Shown one piece after another: positions 1 through 7,644 of a DNA stretch of 11,239 nucleotides. The stretch lies in the IMG/VR virus record IMGVR_UViG_2740892236_000005; one strand, 5' to 3'. The stretch is from a virus (lineage: Duplodnaviria > Heunggongvirae > Uroviricota > Caudoviricetes). Each line of letters starts with the position of its first letter. The first letter of the stretch is position 1. The notes below the pieces were generated by a model that did no database searches, had not been told where the DNA came from, and saw only the letters and a list, made by a program, of their open reading frames with translations. A program made the translations under genes and the position numbers.

Positions 1-483
1 ATGACGAAGAAAAAAGCACATAAACCTGGTTCAGCGACCATCGCGCTTAACAAGCGCGCCCGTCACGAATACTTTATCGAAGAAGAGTTCGAAGCGGGAC
101 TTGCCCTGCAAGGCTGGGAAGTTAAATCCCTGCGCGCAGGAAAAGCCAATATCAGCGACAGCTACGTCCTTCTGCGTGACGGAGAGGCATTTCTGTTTGG
201 CGCTAACATCACGCCAATGGCCGTGGCCTCCACGCATGTGGTGTGCGATCCTACCCGTACCCGCAAGTTACTTCTCAACCAGCGCGAACTGGACTCATTG
301 TACGGTCGCGTCAATCGAGAAGGCTATACCGTAGTGGCGCTCTCCCTGTACTGGAAAAATGCCTGGTGCAAAGTGAAAATCGGCGTCGCCAAAGGTAAGA
401 AACAGCACGATAAACGTTCAGATATCAAAGAGCGCGAATGGCAGGTGGATAAAGCACGTATCATGAAAAACGCCCACCGTTAA
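1..483 (+). CDS. smpB: SsrA-binding protein SmpB (tmRNA partner in trans-translation)
   Basis: Complete 160-aa ORF ([28 protein letters not shown]...) with TAA stop at 481-483. Length and sequence match enterobacterial SmpB as I recall it, and ssrA lies immediately downstream in the conserved arrangement. Confidence 0.96.
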
Positions 484-677
484 ACCTGCACTCCAATTAT
501 TGACCAGTTCCTCACCGCGCCTCCCTCTCCGGCGGCGCGAATGAACATCTTATTGGCTATCACATCCGACACAAATGTTGCCATCCCATTGCTTAATCGA
601 ATAAAAATCAGGCTACATGGGTGCTAAATCTTTAACGATAACGCCATTGAGGCTGGTCATGGCGCTCATAAATCTGG

Positions 678-683
678 TATACT
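678..683 (+). promoter_or_regulatory. Candidate -10 hexamer (TATACT) of the ssrA promoter
   Basis: TATACT sits about 15 nt upstream of the mature tmRNA 5' end at 698, consistent with a short precursor leader. No convincing -35 was found by eye. Confidence 0.4.
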
Positions 684-697
684 TACCTTTACACATT

Positions 698-1060
698 GGG
701 GCTGATTCTGGATTCGACGGGATTTGCGAAACCCAAGGTGCATGCCGAGGGGCGGTTGGCCTCGTAAAAAGCCGCAAAAAATAGTCGCAAACGACGAAAA
801 CTACGCTTTAGCAGCTTAATAACCTGCTTAGAGCCCTCTCTCCCTAGCCTCCGCTCTTAGGACGGGGATCAAGAGAGGTCAAACCCAAAAGAGATCGCGT
901 GGAAGCCCTGCCTGGGGTTGAAGCGTTAAAACTTAATCAGGCTAGTTTGTTAGTGGCGTGTCCGTCCGCAGCTGGCAAGCGAATGTAAAGACTGACTAAG
1001 CATGTAGTACCGAGGATGTAGGAATTTCGGACGCGGGTTCAACTCCCGCCAGCTCCACCA
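698..1060 (+). ncRNA. ssrA: tmRNA (transfer-messenger RNA, SsrA), 363 nt
   Basis: 5' end GGGGCTGATTCTGGATTCGACGGG at 698, internal tag reading frame, and 3' tRNA-like end GGTTCAACTCCCGCCAGCTCCACCA finishing at 1060. Matches the enterobacterial tmRNA sequence from memory. Confidence 0.95.
787..819 (+). other. tmRNA tag-peptide reading frame (ANDENYALAA plus stop)
   Basis: GCAAACGACGAAAACTACGCTTTAGCAGCTTAA translates to ANDENYALAA followed by a stop, the canonical proteolysis tag encoded within tmRNA. Confidence 0.9.
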
Positions 1061-1070
1061 AATAAATCAA

Positions 1071-1100
1071 GGGGTTACGTGAAAGCGTAGCCCCTTTTTC
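1071..1100 (+). terminator. Rho-independent terminator downstream of ssrA
   Basis: Hairpin GGGGTTACG (1071-1079) / CGTAGCCCC (1086-1094), 9-bp stem with one G-T wobble, followed by TTTTTCTTT. Confidence 0.6.
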
Positions 1101-1118
1101 TTTAGTAGTGGCGGCAAA

Positions 1119-1157
1119 ATGGCGACAGACTTTTGCGTCCATCTTGCCTGTCGCCAT
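1119..1157 (+). promoter_or_regulatory. Perfect 10-bp inverted repeat (ATGGCGACAG ... CTGTCGCCAT), candidate operator upstream of the 1184 ORF
   Basis: ATGGCGACAG at 1119-1128 and its exact reverse complement at 1148-1157, separated by 19 nt, sit 25-65 bp upstream of the ATG at 1184. A weak sigma70-like pair (TTGCGT 1133-1138, 17-bp spacer, CATCTT 1156-1161) overlaps the repeat. Confidence 0.3.
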
Positions 1158-1183
1158 CTTGAAATCATGCAAAGAGGTTTCAC

Positions 1184-1666
1184 ATGGAAGAACTTCACTT
1201 TGTTTACATCAATGCAAATGGTCGTATCGGTGTTCACTCTATACAGAGCATCAGTTATAGCGAAAATCATATACAGGGCATTTGTAAGAACACCGATCGA
1301 ATAAAAACCTTCCGAAAAGACCGCATTCTTAAACAGTACGATTCACCAGAACAAGCCATTCAGGAGTGCGCGTCATTCCTCCCCGAAAACTACTCACATC
1401 TCACCAAGCAGTCTGGTCCGAAAAAAAATACATTCGATGTGTGTTTCACCGGATTTAAGAAAGCAGATAAAGAAAGATTGGTTGATAAGGCGAATGAACA
1501 AGGATTAACGGTAAGAACCTCTGTAACCCAAAGCCTTCAGATGCTCTGTTGCGGTTACAATGCAGGCCCATCAAAAGTATCGGCAGCCAGGATGAAAGGC
1601 ACAATCATCATAGATGAGCCTGGCTTTATACATTTTCTTGAAACGGGTGAGATCCCAGATGAATAA
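1184..1666 (+). CDS. Prophage accessory (moron) protein: N-terminal WYL-like domain fused to C-terminal BRCT-like domain; function unknown
   Basis: 160-aa ORF with Shine-Dalgarno AAAGAGG at 1171-1177, 6 nt before the ATG. The N-terminal half (VYINANGRIGVHSIQSISYSENHIQGICKNTDRIKTFRKDRI) follows the WYL-domain pattern, with HIQ in the WYL position and the hallmark R-x-F-R-x-D-R-I motif. The C-terminal half (VCFTGFKKADKERLVDKANEQGLTVRTSVTQSLQMLCCGYNAGPSKVSAARMKGTIIIDEPGFIHFL) aligns by eye with the LigA-type BRCT domain. The gene is on the opposite strand to the phage late genes, looks AT-richer than its flanks, and has terminators on both sides. Confidence 0.75.
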   Translation: MEELHFVYINANGRIGVHSIQSISYSENHIQGICKNTDRIKTFRKDRILKQYDSPEQAIQECASFLPENYSHLTKQSGPKKNTFDVCFTGFKKADKERLVDKANEQGLTVRTSVTQSLQMLCCGYNAGPSKVSAARMKGTIIIDEPGFIHFLETGEIPDE

Positions 1667-1667
1667 A

Positions 1668-1690
1668 AACCTGCCGTAGCAGGTTCTCTT
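1668..1690. terminator. Bidirectional rho-independent terminator between the moron ORF and ogr
   Basis: AACCTGC (1668-1674) / loop CGTA / GCAGGTT (1679-1685). A T-rich tract follows on the plus strand (CTCTTTCTC) and a better one on the minus strand (TTTTTATTC), so it can end both the minus-strand late operon after ogr and the plus-strand moron. Confidence 0.6.
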
Positions 1691-1692
1691 TC

Positions 1693-1911
1693 TCAAAAAT
1701 TCATATGCCCCTGACCACCTGGCAATGGATGTGGAGGAGCAGTAGCAATCAGTGCGGGTGTCACAATAAACCGGACCACTGTTTCATGGGTAACAAAAGT
1801 ACTCCCGCAGTTAATATTTTGGCACTGGCAGTAACGCTCTTTGGTGCTTTCAGTTACTTGAAAACTGCTCCTTGTGTGTGCCGCATGACCACACTTTGGA
1901 CAATTCATCAT
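1693..1911 (-). CDS. ogr: Ogr-type zinc-finger late-gene transcription activator
   Basis: Within ORF 1693..1956, translation from the internal ATG at 1911 gives a 72-aa protein MMNCPKCGHAAHTRSSFQVTESTKERYCQCQNINCGSTF... with the C-x2-C ... C-x4-C zinc-finger spacing typical of P2 Ogr / 186 B / P4 Delta. It sits directly downstream of D as in P2. The track's upstream extension begins at a GTG and is probably not translated. Confidence 0.88.
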   Translation of the reverse strand: MMNCPKCGHAAHTRSSFQVTESTKERYCQCQNINCGSTFVTHETVVRFIVTPALIATAPPHPLPGGQGHMNF

Positions 1912-1979
1912 ATCCAGATCCCTACCTTTGCTATCAGAATCATTGTAATGATACACAAAATACCAATATTGAGAACACT

Positions 1980-3080
1980 TTATTCCATTTCAAGATCATC
2001 AATCTTCACTTCGAGTTCAATACTGGTTGTAAAACCGTTATCTGGGCTGACGGTATGTGTCAGAGTCGTAATGGTCCATTCCGCATCATCTATCGGCTGT
2101 TTAAAACCACTGACCTTCACAGGCATTTCCGTGTAGAGATCTGCCCGCCCTTCCGCCAGTTGTAGCGAGAATGACGCAACGCCACGTTGCAGGCGTTCCC
2201 ACTGCATTTTCGCTGCCCGTTCAGCGTTGCTCCGGTTGGCATAAGTGCGATTAAGTACCAGCACGTTTTCATCCGTCCCCACCAGGTAATCGCCCTGCTT
2301 CGCTTCCGGCTCTTTCTTCTGCTTCTTAGTCCTGCGCTTACGCTTCACCGTAGTGCTTTCTTTCTTCGCGGGTTCGCGGGTATGCAACCAGCTGGCAATT
2401 ACCCCCGTGTAAGCTCCGCGATCTGCCAGGGTAAAGCGGTGACTGTCGCCGTCCTTACGTGCGATAGTAATCACCGGCAGTGGTTTACCGCTGGCGCTTT
2501 TGCCCTGTCCCTGCCGGATGAATAACAGATTGCCATTTTTCACCGATGCAATGGCACCGTACTGGCGCGCCAGCCGCATCAAAAAACTGCCGTCACTCTC
2601 ATTAGTCTGGTCTATATGCTCCACGGGCTTATCCGACAGGTCTTTACCCAGTGCCATCTTCAGCTTGTGCCGCGCGGCTATTTCCTTCACCACTTCCCCG
2701 ATGGTGGTGTTATGCCACGATTTTTCACGGCGGGTATTCAGCGTTTCCCGAAAATCAGCACTTCGCGCCCGGATAGTCAGGCGGTCCGGTGCGCCAGTGT
2801 GTTCAATCTCGTCCACCGTGAATGCCCCTTTCGGGAAAAGCGGCTGCCCCTTCCAGCCCAGCGCCAGCGTAATGACCGCACCACGGCGCGGCAGCACGAT
2901 TTTTCCGTCGGCGTCGTCCAGCTCCAGATCAAGCTGGTCCGCTTCAAAGCCCCGGTTATCCGTCAGCGTAAGCCCCATCAGGCGTTTGTCCAGCACAGTG
3001 GTGATATCCTTCCCCTCAATACTGATGCTGAATGCGGGAGTTTTGTTGCCTTTGTTAAGCAGTTCAGAGCTGAAATTCAC
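1980..3080 (-). CDS. D: P2 gpD-like tail protein (late control gene D family)
   Basis: 366-aa ORF in the position and size expected for P2 gpD, last gene of the tail operon before ogr. Its ATG overlaps the U stop (ATGA), indicating translational coupling. Confidence 0.85.
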   Translation of the reverse strand: MNFSSELLNKGNKTPAFSISIEGKDITTVLDKRLMGLTLTDNRGFEADQLDLELDDADGKIVLPRRGAVITLALGWKGQPLFPKGAFTVDEIEHTGAPDRLTIRARSADFRETLNTRREKSWHNTTIGEVVKEIAARHKLKMALGKDLSDKPVEHIDQTNESDGSFLMRLARQYGAIASVKNGNLLFIRQGQGKSASGKPLPVITIARKDGDSHRFTLADRGAYTGVIASWLHTREPAKKESTTVKRKRRTKKQKKEPEAKQGDYLVGTDENVLVLNRTYANRSNAERAAKMQWERLQRGVASFSLQLAEGRADLYTEMPVKVSGFKQPIDDAEWTITTLTHTVSPDNGFTTSIELEVKIDDLEME

Positions 3081-3562
3081 GACAGCAGCCCTCCCACCGT
3101 TTTACTGATATCGCTTAAGGCAGACGTTGCCGTATCCTGCAAATTATTCAGCTGCGCACTGAGATCACCGAACATATCGGACATGGATTCATCCACCCGT
3201 TTGAGCGACAGGGTAAACTCAATCCGGCGCGGCATACCATCGCGGAAAAACTCCGTTTTAGTCTGATTCAGTCCCTCAATCACATACATGCCGTAAATCG
3301 TGCCGCTGCCTTCAATCAGGGGCCATGCTTTTCCCTGTTCTGCCATCTGCTCCAGAGCCAGCAACGACAGCCTGCCGCCCGTTATCTCCGGCATAAGAAC
3401 ACCAGAAAGCGTCAGCATGTCGTTGTCCGGTCCCAGAAATTGCGTGGACGGACGACGGTTTACCCGGCTGTTTTCCGCATGTCGCCAGCTGCGTTGATAC
3501 TGCAGTTCCTGATACGGAACGGTGCGCAGCATAAACACGTACAATCCCAGCACCATCATCAT
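3077..3562 (-). CDS. U: P2 gpU-like tail protein
   Basis: 161-aa ORF between T and D with ATGA overlaps on both sides; size and position match P2 gpU. Confidence 0.85.
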   Translation of the reverse strand: MMMVLGLYVFMLRTVPYQELQYQRSWRHAENSRVNRRPSTQFLGPDNDMLTLSGVLMPEITGGRLSLLALEQMAEQGKAWPLIEGSGTIYGMYVIEGLNQTKTEFFRDGMPRRIEFTLSLKRVDESMSDMFGDLSAQLNNLQDTATSALSDISKTVGGLLS

Positions 3563-6500
3563 GCGTCGTATCCCCCCTGATCGCTGTAGTTACTCCTGGC
3601 TTTTGCCTTCAGCCTGCGTTCACGTTCATCAAGCTGGCGTGCCACCTCCCGCGCAATATCCTGCGCACTTTGTCCTGGCTGCGTCTGAATGATGATCTGC
3701 GTCGGTGCCTCAATCCGGTGAACGGGCGGTACAGTAGCTGCACGACTCACCATCGCTTCGCCGCCTTTCGCGGGAAGTGCCAAAGGATGCAATGGTGGAA
3801 GCTCTGCAGGCGCGGCAGCAACGCCCATCATTCCGGCAACAACGGCAGCCAGTGCAGCTGTATTTCTCCGGCTGGTCACATTTGCCGGGCCGTTAACAAT
3901 TTCCGGCCCGTTTTCACCGACGATGCCAAACTGCCCGCGCGGGATATAGCCGCCGCTGTCATACATCCCCGCAAAGCCATATCCCCATGACGGAAAACCA
4001 CCCGGTGGCATCATCACTTTACCGTCTGCATTCACCGTCGCAGGTTGCTGACGCGTCACGCTTTCCGGCAGTTTCGCCTTTGCAGCCTCTTTACTGACAA
4101 TGCCGAGTTTCTCCAGCAACCAGGAAACGCCGGATTTCAGGGAGTCCAGCGGATGCATGACCATATTCAGCCCTTCCGCCAGTGCCTCCCCGAATCGTCG
4201 CCCCATTGCCGCTGCACTCTGCAGTTCGGCAGAGGTCGACTTAACGGGCGTCAGCAGATCAGTAAACCAGCCCCACAGCGCCTGTACTTTGTCGCCAATC
4301 CACTGGAACACGGGCTTAAGCGGTTCGAATGCTGCACTGACGGGACCTGCCGCCGCTTTGAATCCTTCCACTACGCCACCAAGAAATGCGGTGATGGGTT
4401 GCCAGTATTTCCAGACAACCAGCGCCACGCCCGCCAGTGCAGTAACCACAAGACCTATCGGACTGAGCAGAGCACCTAACAGACCAGATACGGCATACAG
4501 GGCAACGCGCAGCATCGCCAGTGGACCAGATGCCAGTACTCGCAGCACCGTGCCTGCGGAGGCCAGTCCACCGCGCAGTACCGCCAGAGGATTCATAAAC
4601 ATCACAGCAACAGCACGTAAACCGGATAATCCAGACCGCAAAAGTGCAACCGGCGCACCTGCTACAGTTTTCAGGACATTTCCCGTCAGTGATGCCGTGC
4701 GGCGCAAAGACGACAACGGCGCAGTAAGTAAACCTGCGGCGTTGCCCGATGAAGCAAGCCCGCGTCGCAGCAGTGCAAGTGGTGCGCCAGCCAACCAGGA
4801 CAACGCGCTGCTGGTTCGCGTTACTGCTGCCGTAACGGAAGGTAACGTTTTGATACCCAGCACAGAGAATCCCAGACGGATGACTGCCAGCGGCCCCAGC
4901 ACAGCAGCCAACACCACAGCCAGGGTGCCGAGGCCCACAGTAACAGCAGCCACAACCGCGGCTACTTTCATCAGTGTGCCCGTCAGTTCAGGGTTAGCTT
5001 CTACCCAGCGACGCAACGCCCCCGTGATGCTTTTCACCGTGTACAGAATATCCATCAGCGGCTGGCGCAGCGTTTCGCCCAGGCTGCTGAAGGTGTTCTG
5101 CGCTCCGGTTTTGACCAGCAACCACTGCGCAGAAAGTGAGTCCTTGTTAATGTCGGATTCTTTCTGCATCGAACCGAGCGCATCATTGCCCGCTGTCAGT
5201 TTTAGCTGGCGCTGCAGTTCCGGCAGGTTGTTTGCCAGTTTCGCCGCATCATCGCCAAACTCTTTACCAAACAACATGGTCATGGCAGACAGGCGCTTAT
5301 CCTGCGGCAGTGCGTTCACCTTCTCCAGTACGCGCTGGATAGTTCCCATCGCATCCTTCGTCATCTGCTTTTCAATCACTTCAGGATTGAGTTTCAGCAG
5401 ATTCATTCCTTCAAAGAAACTCTTGCTTTGCATGGTCGCAATGGACAATTCACGCACCATCGCGTTGGCAGCACTGGCAGCGACCTCCGGCGCAGCCCCC
5501 AGTGTCAGGAAGGTGGAACCCAGCGCCGCCGCTTTACGATAATCCAGACGATCAGCCACACCGCCCAGGCGTTGCATGACATCAATGATGTCTGCCCCTT
5601 TCGACATAGCGTTATCATCCAGATAGTTCAGCGCATCACCGAGCTGTTCAATATTGCGGGTTGGTATTTTGTAGAGCTGGGCGATTTTCCCCAGACTTTC
5701 TGACAGTTCATCCGCTGGCAGCTCAAAGGCTGTTGCCGCCTTTGCTGCCGTACTGGCGAAGGCCAGCAGGTCACGTTTCTGGTCCTCCCAGCTGTCGTCA
5801 GGGTTTGCCACATTCATGCGCGCACCACCTTCAACCAGTGCGGCGAAGTCCACAGCACCGTTTTCCATTGGCAGCTGTTCACTGGCAGCTTTGATGGCAT
5901 CCTGCATTTCGTAAAAACGCGCAGTGCGGTTGCCATTATCGTCACGCAGACCATTGACCTGCTTTGCCACACCTTTCATGGCATCTTCCATGCTGGTATA
6001 GCTTTTTACCGCCGCCATCACTGGCGCGCCCATTGCCAGCCCTGCAGCCGTGGTGGTGGCTCCGGCTCCTGCGATGCGATCGCGCACTTCAAGCCGTCTT
6101 GAGTATTGTTCTCTGGCAGCGTTCATCCGTGCCTGTTGTTCACCCAGACGTTTAAGTGCTTTTTGCTGGCCCTCCAGTGCATGACGAGTTTCTTCGGCAT
6201 TTTTCTTAAGTTCTCGCTGGGCACTACTGAGTTGTCTGGTATCAATCCCTGATTCTTTAAGTGCCTGACGTTGTCTCTGGACCGCCCCCAACAAGCCGTT
6301 ATAGGTCTGCTGAAGTTCCTGTACTCGTGTTTTGGCCTGACTGAATAACTTTGCCTGCGCGGCGGTTGGCCTGTTAGTGGCAGCAAATTGTGTGGCGAGT
6401 TTTGCCGCCTCTTCGCGGGCTGCGTTCAGGTTGTTGGCTGTTATGGCTAGTTGCGAGCGCGTCTTGCGAAATTCATCAATTCTGCCAGCCTGCTTATTCA

Positions 6501-6636
6501 GTTCTTTGAGGCTGTTTCGGGTATTCTGAATTGCGCCAGCCAGCTCTTTCGAACTGGCCTGTGCAGCACGGAATGGGCGGGTGAGTTTGTCAACCGCATT
6601 AAGAATGACCTGCAGGCGCAGGTTATTATCACTCAT
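3559..6636 (-). CDS. T: Tail tape-measure protein (P2 gpT-like), 1025 aa
   Basis: Very long ORF with a coiled-coil-like, Ala/Gln/Lys-rich N-terminal region and a central run of hydrophobic Gly/Ala/Leu repeats (...GAPLALLRRGLASSG...GAPVALLRSGLSGLRAV...PLAVLRGGLASAGTVLRVLASGPLAMLRV...), typical of tape-measure proteins. Located between E/E' and U as in P2. Confidence 0.9.
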   Translation of the reverse strand: MSDNNLRLQVILNAVDKLTRPFRAAQASSKELAGAIQNTRNSLKELNKQAGRIDEFRKTRSQLAITANNLNAAREEAAKLATQFAATNRPTAAQAKLFSQAKTRVQELQQTYNGLLGAVQRQRQALKESGIDTRQLSSAQRELKKNAEETRHALEGQQKALKRLGEQQARMNAAREQYSRRLEVRDRIAGAGATTTAAGLAMGAPVMAAVKSYTSMEDAMKGVAKQVNGLRDDNGNRTARFYEMQDAIKAASEQLPMENGAVDFAALVEGGARMNVANPDDSWEDQKRDLLAFASTAAKAATAFELPADELSESLGKIAQLYKIPTRNIEQLGDALNYLDDNAMSKGADIIDVMQRLGGVADRLDYRKAAALGSTFLTLGAAPEVAASAANAMVRELSIATMQSKSFFEGMNLLKLNPEVIEKQMTKDAMGTIQRVLEKVNALPQDKRLSAMTMLFGKEFGDDAAKLANNLPELQRQLKLTAGNDALGSMQKESDINKDSLSAQWLLVKTGAQNTFSSLGETLRQPLMDILYTVKSITGALRRWVEANPELTGTLMKVAAVVAAVTVGLGTLAVVLAAVLGPLAVIRLGFSVLGIKTLPSVTAAVTRTSSALSWLAGAPLALLRRGLASSGNAAGLLTAPLSSLRRTASLTGNVLKTVAGAPVALLRSGLSGLRAVAVMFMNPLAVLRGGLASAGTVLRVLASGPLAMLRVALYAVSGLLGALLSPIGLVVTALAGVALVVWKYWQPITAFLGGVVEGFKAAAGPVSAAFEPLKPVFQWIGDKVQALWGWFTDLLTPVKSTSAELQSAAAMGRRFGEALAEGLNMVMHPLDSLKSGVSWLLEKLGIVSKEAAKAKLPESVTRQQPATVNADGKVMMPPGGFPSWGYGFAGMYDSGGYIPRGQFGIVGENGPEIVNGPANVTSRRNTAALAAVVAGMMGVAAAPAELPPLHPLALPAKGGEAMVSRAATVPPVHRIEAPTQIIIQTQPGQSAQDIAREVARQLDERERRLKAKARSNYSDQGGYDA

Positions 6637-7065
6637 CGTTGGCCCCGCTTCTCTGAATCGCTTTATACCGCCATTCCAGCACTTCGGTCAGCGGCATAAC
6701 GTCAGTAACGGATGGCGGCCAGTGAAAGATGGTGGCGATATCAGCCACCAGATCGTCAACCGTCAGGCTGTCGGTAAACCGGCAAGCACCGACTTCTTCA
6801 ACAAAAAAGTGACAACCTCAACCGACATGGCAGTGAGATCTGCCGGGTCCATCTCTACAATTTCCTGTGCAGTCAGTGCCGGACTGGAGATGCGGGGGAT
6901 CACGGTCATCATCGCGTTCACATCCATATCCATAATGGCCTGCAGGCGCGTACCGCGCAGCGCACCGGACTGCGGTTTACGCAGCACAATTTCGGTGATT
7001 TCTGTTTTACCGCGCTTGATGGGGGTATCCAGTTGAATAGTCTTTTCAGTCTGCTTATCGCTCAT
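6629..7065 (-). CDS. E+E' fusion product made by programmed -1 ribosomal frameshift (tail assembly chaperone, long form, about 145 aa)
   Basis: Hand translation from the slippery heptamer T-TTT-TTG (minus strand, 6808-6802) in the -1 frame gives an open extension ...VEEVGACRFTDSLTVDDLVADIATIFHWPPSVTDVMPLTEVLEWRYKAIQRSGANDE ending at TGA 6631-6629. That stop overlaps the T start codon (6636-6634), the same geometry as P2 E/E'. Confidence 0.7.
6763..7065 (-). CDS. E: P2 gpE-like tail assembly chaperone (short form)
   Basis: 100-aa ORF (MSDKQTEKTIQLDTPIKRGKTEITEIVLRKP...VTFLLKKSVLAGLPTA) between FII and T. The slippery heptamer lies near its 3' end. Confidence 0.88.
   Translation of the reverse strand: MSDKQTEKTIQLDTPIKRGKTEITEIVLRKPQSGALRGTRLQAIMDMDVNAMMTVIPRISSPALTAQEIVEMDPADLTAMSVEVVTFLLKKSVLAGLPTA
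6802..6808 (-). promoter_or_regulatory. Slippery heptamer T-TTT-TTG for the E/E' -1 frameshift
   Basis: Plus strand CAAAAAA at 6802-6808 is minus-strand TTTTTTG, read in the E frame as ACT-TTT-TTG (T-F-L). Same heptamer class as reported for P2 E/E' and many tail-chaperone frameshifts. Confidence 0.7.
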
Positions 7066-7119
7066 TTTGCTGTCCTGTAAATTGGGTTCTGGCGCGGTAT
7101 CCCGCGCCGTTCAGATACA

Positions 7120-7635
7120 TCAGAGGCCGAGGGCGTTGCGGTGCGCTTCCATCAGGTCCACACCGTCCACAATTTCCACCATGTTGATAAGGTCCACTTC
7201 ATAGAGCACCTCACCATTGATGGTCAGCTTCGCGTAGCTGTTGGTACTGGTCACTTTGGTGGTGTTGCTTTCGCCCGTCTTCCACTCGCCGGAATCCACT
7301 TCTTTGTGACGTCCACGCACGACAAGCTCCACGGCCTGCACTTCCCCGGTATCGTCACGCTGAATAGAGCCGGTAAAGCGCAGCTGGATGCCATCCACCG
7401 TGGCTTTACCCATCTGTTTAAACAGCAGCAATTCAGTACCACCAATGGAAAATTCTGTGTCCAGCGCACTGTCATCAAGCCCCAGATCCACATCCACCGC
7501 ACCCGGCATTCCGCCGCCGCGATACTTCTCATATTTGCGGGTAAATTTCGGCAGCGTCAGCGACTCAACGATCCCCTGCCAGTTGTTCCCGTCGTTAAAC
7601 AGGTTCAGGTGTTTTAATTTGCGTGGTAAAGCCAT
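7120..7635 (-). CDS. FII: Tail tube protein (P2 gpFII-like)
   Basis: 171-aa ORF immediately downstream of the sheath gene, with size and position as for P2 FII. Confidence 0.88.
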   Translation of the reverse strand: MALPRKLKHLNLFNDGNNWQGIVESLTLPKFTRKYEKYRGGGMPGAVDVDLGLDDSALDTEFSIGGTELLLFKQMGKATVDGIQLRFTGSIQRDDTGEVQAVELVVRGRHKEVDSGEWKTGESNTTKVTSTNSYAKLTINGEVLYEVDLINMVEIVDGVDLMEAHRNALGL

Positions 7636-7644
7636 GTTGTCCCC

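Noticed and set aside
31-334. ORFs 31..237 (minus) and 101..334 (plus) overlapping smpB
   Set aside because: Embedded in the highly conserved smpB coding sequence; no independent support.
1067-1304. ORFs 1067..1270 (minus) and 1119..1304 (plus) at the prophage junction
   Set aside because: They overlap the terminator, the inverted repeat and the 5' part of the WYL-BRCT gene in other frames; the 1184 frame has the Shine-Dalgarno and the recognisable domains. The ATG at 1119 is the first base of the left repeat arm, more likely part of the regulatory site than a start codon.
1705-2165. Plus-strand ORFs 1705..2136 and 1872..2165
   Set aside because: Antisense to ogr and the 3' end of D; Cys/His-rich translation is just the mirror of the ogr zinc-finger codons.
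2187-3266. Plus-strand ORFs 2187..2525, 2500..3108 and 2616..3266 (112-216 aa)
   Set aside because: Antisense to D and U, which have clear P2 synteny and overlap-coupled start/stop codons; no ribosome-binding sites and no recognisable protein features.
4100-5542. 480-aa plus-strand ORF (also 4045..4479, 5428..5703, 5661..5894, 5964..6155 on plus and 5628..5813, 6123..6386 on minus)
   Set aside because: All lie antisense to, or in alternative frames of, the GC-rich tape-measure gene. Their translations are low-complexity Ala/Ser/Pro/Arg-rich strings with no start context, the usual artefact of a long high-GC gene.
6451-7036. Plus-strand ORFs 6451..6699 and 6581..7036
   Set aside because: Antisense to the T start, the E' extension and E. 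The real extra coding capacity here is the minus-strand -1 frame E' extension, which the ORF track cannot show.
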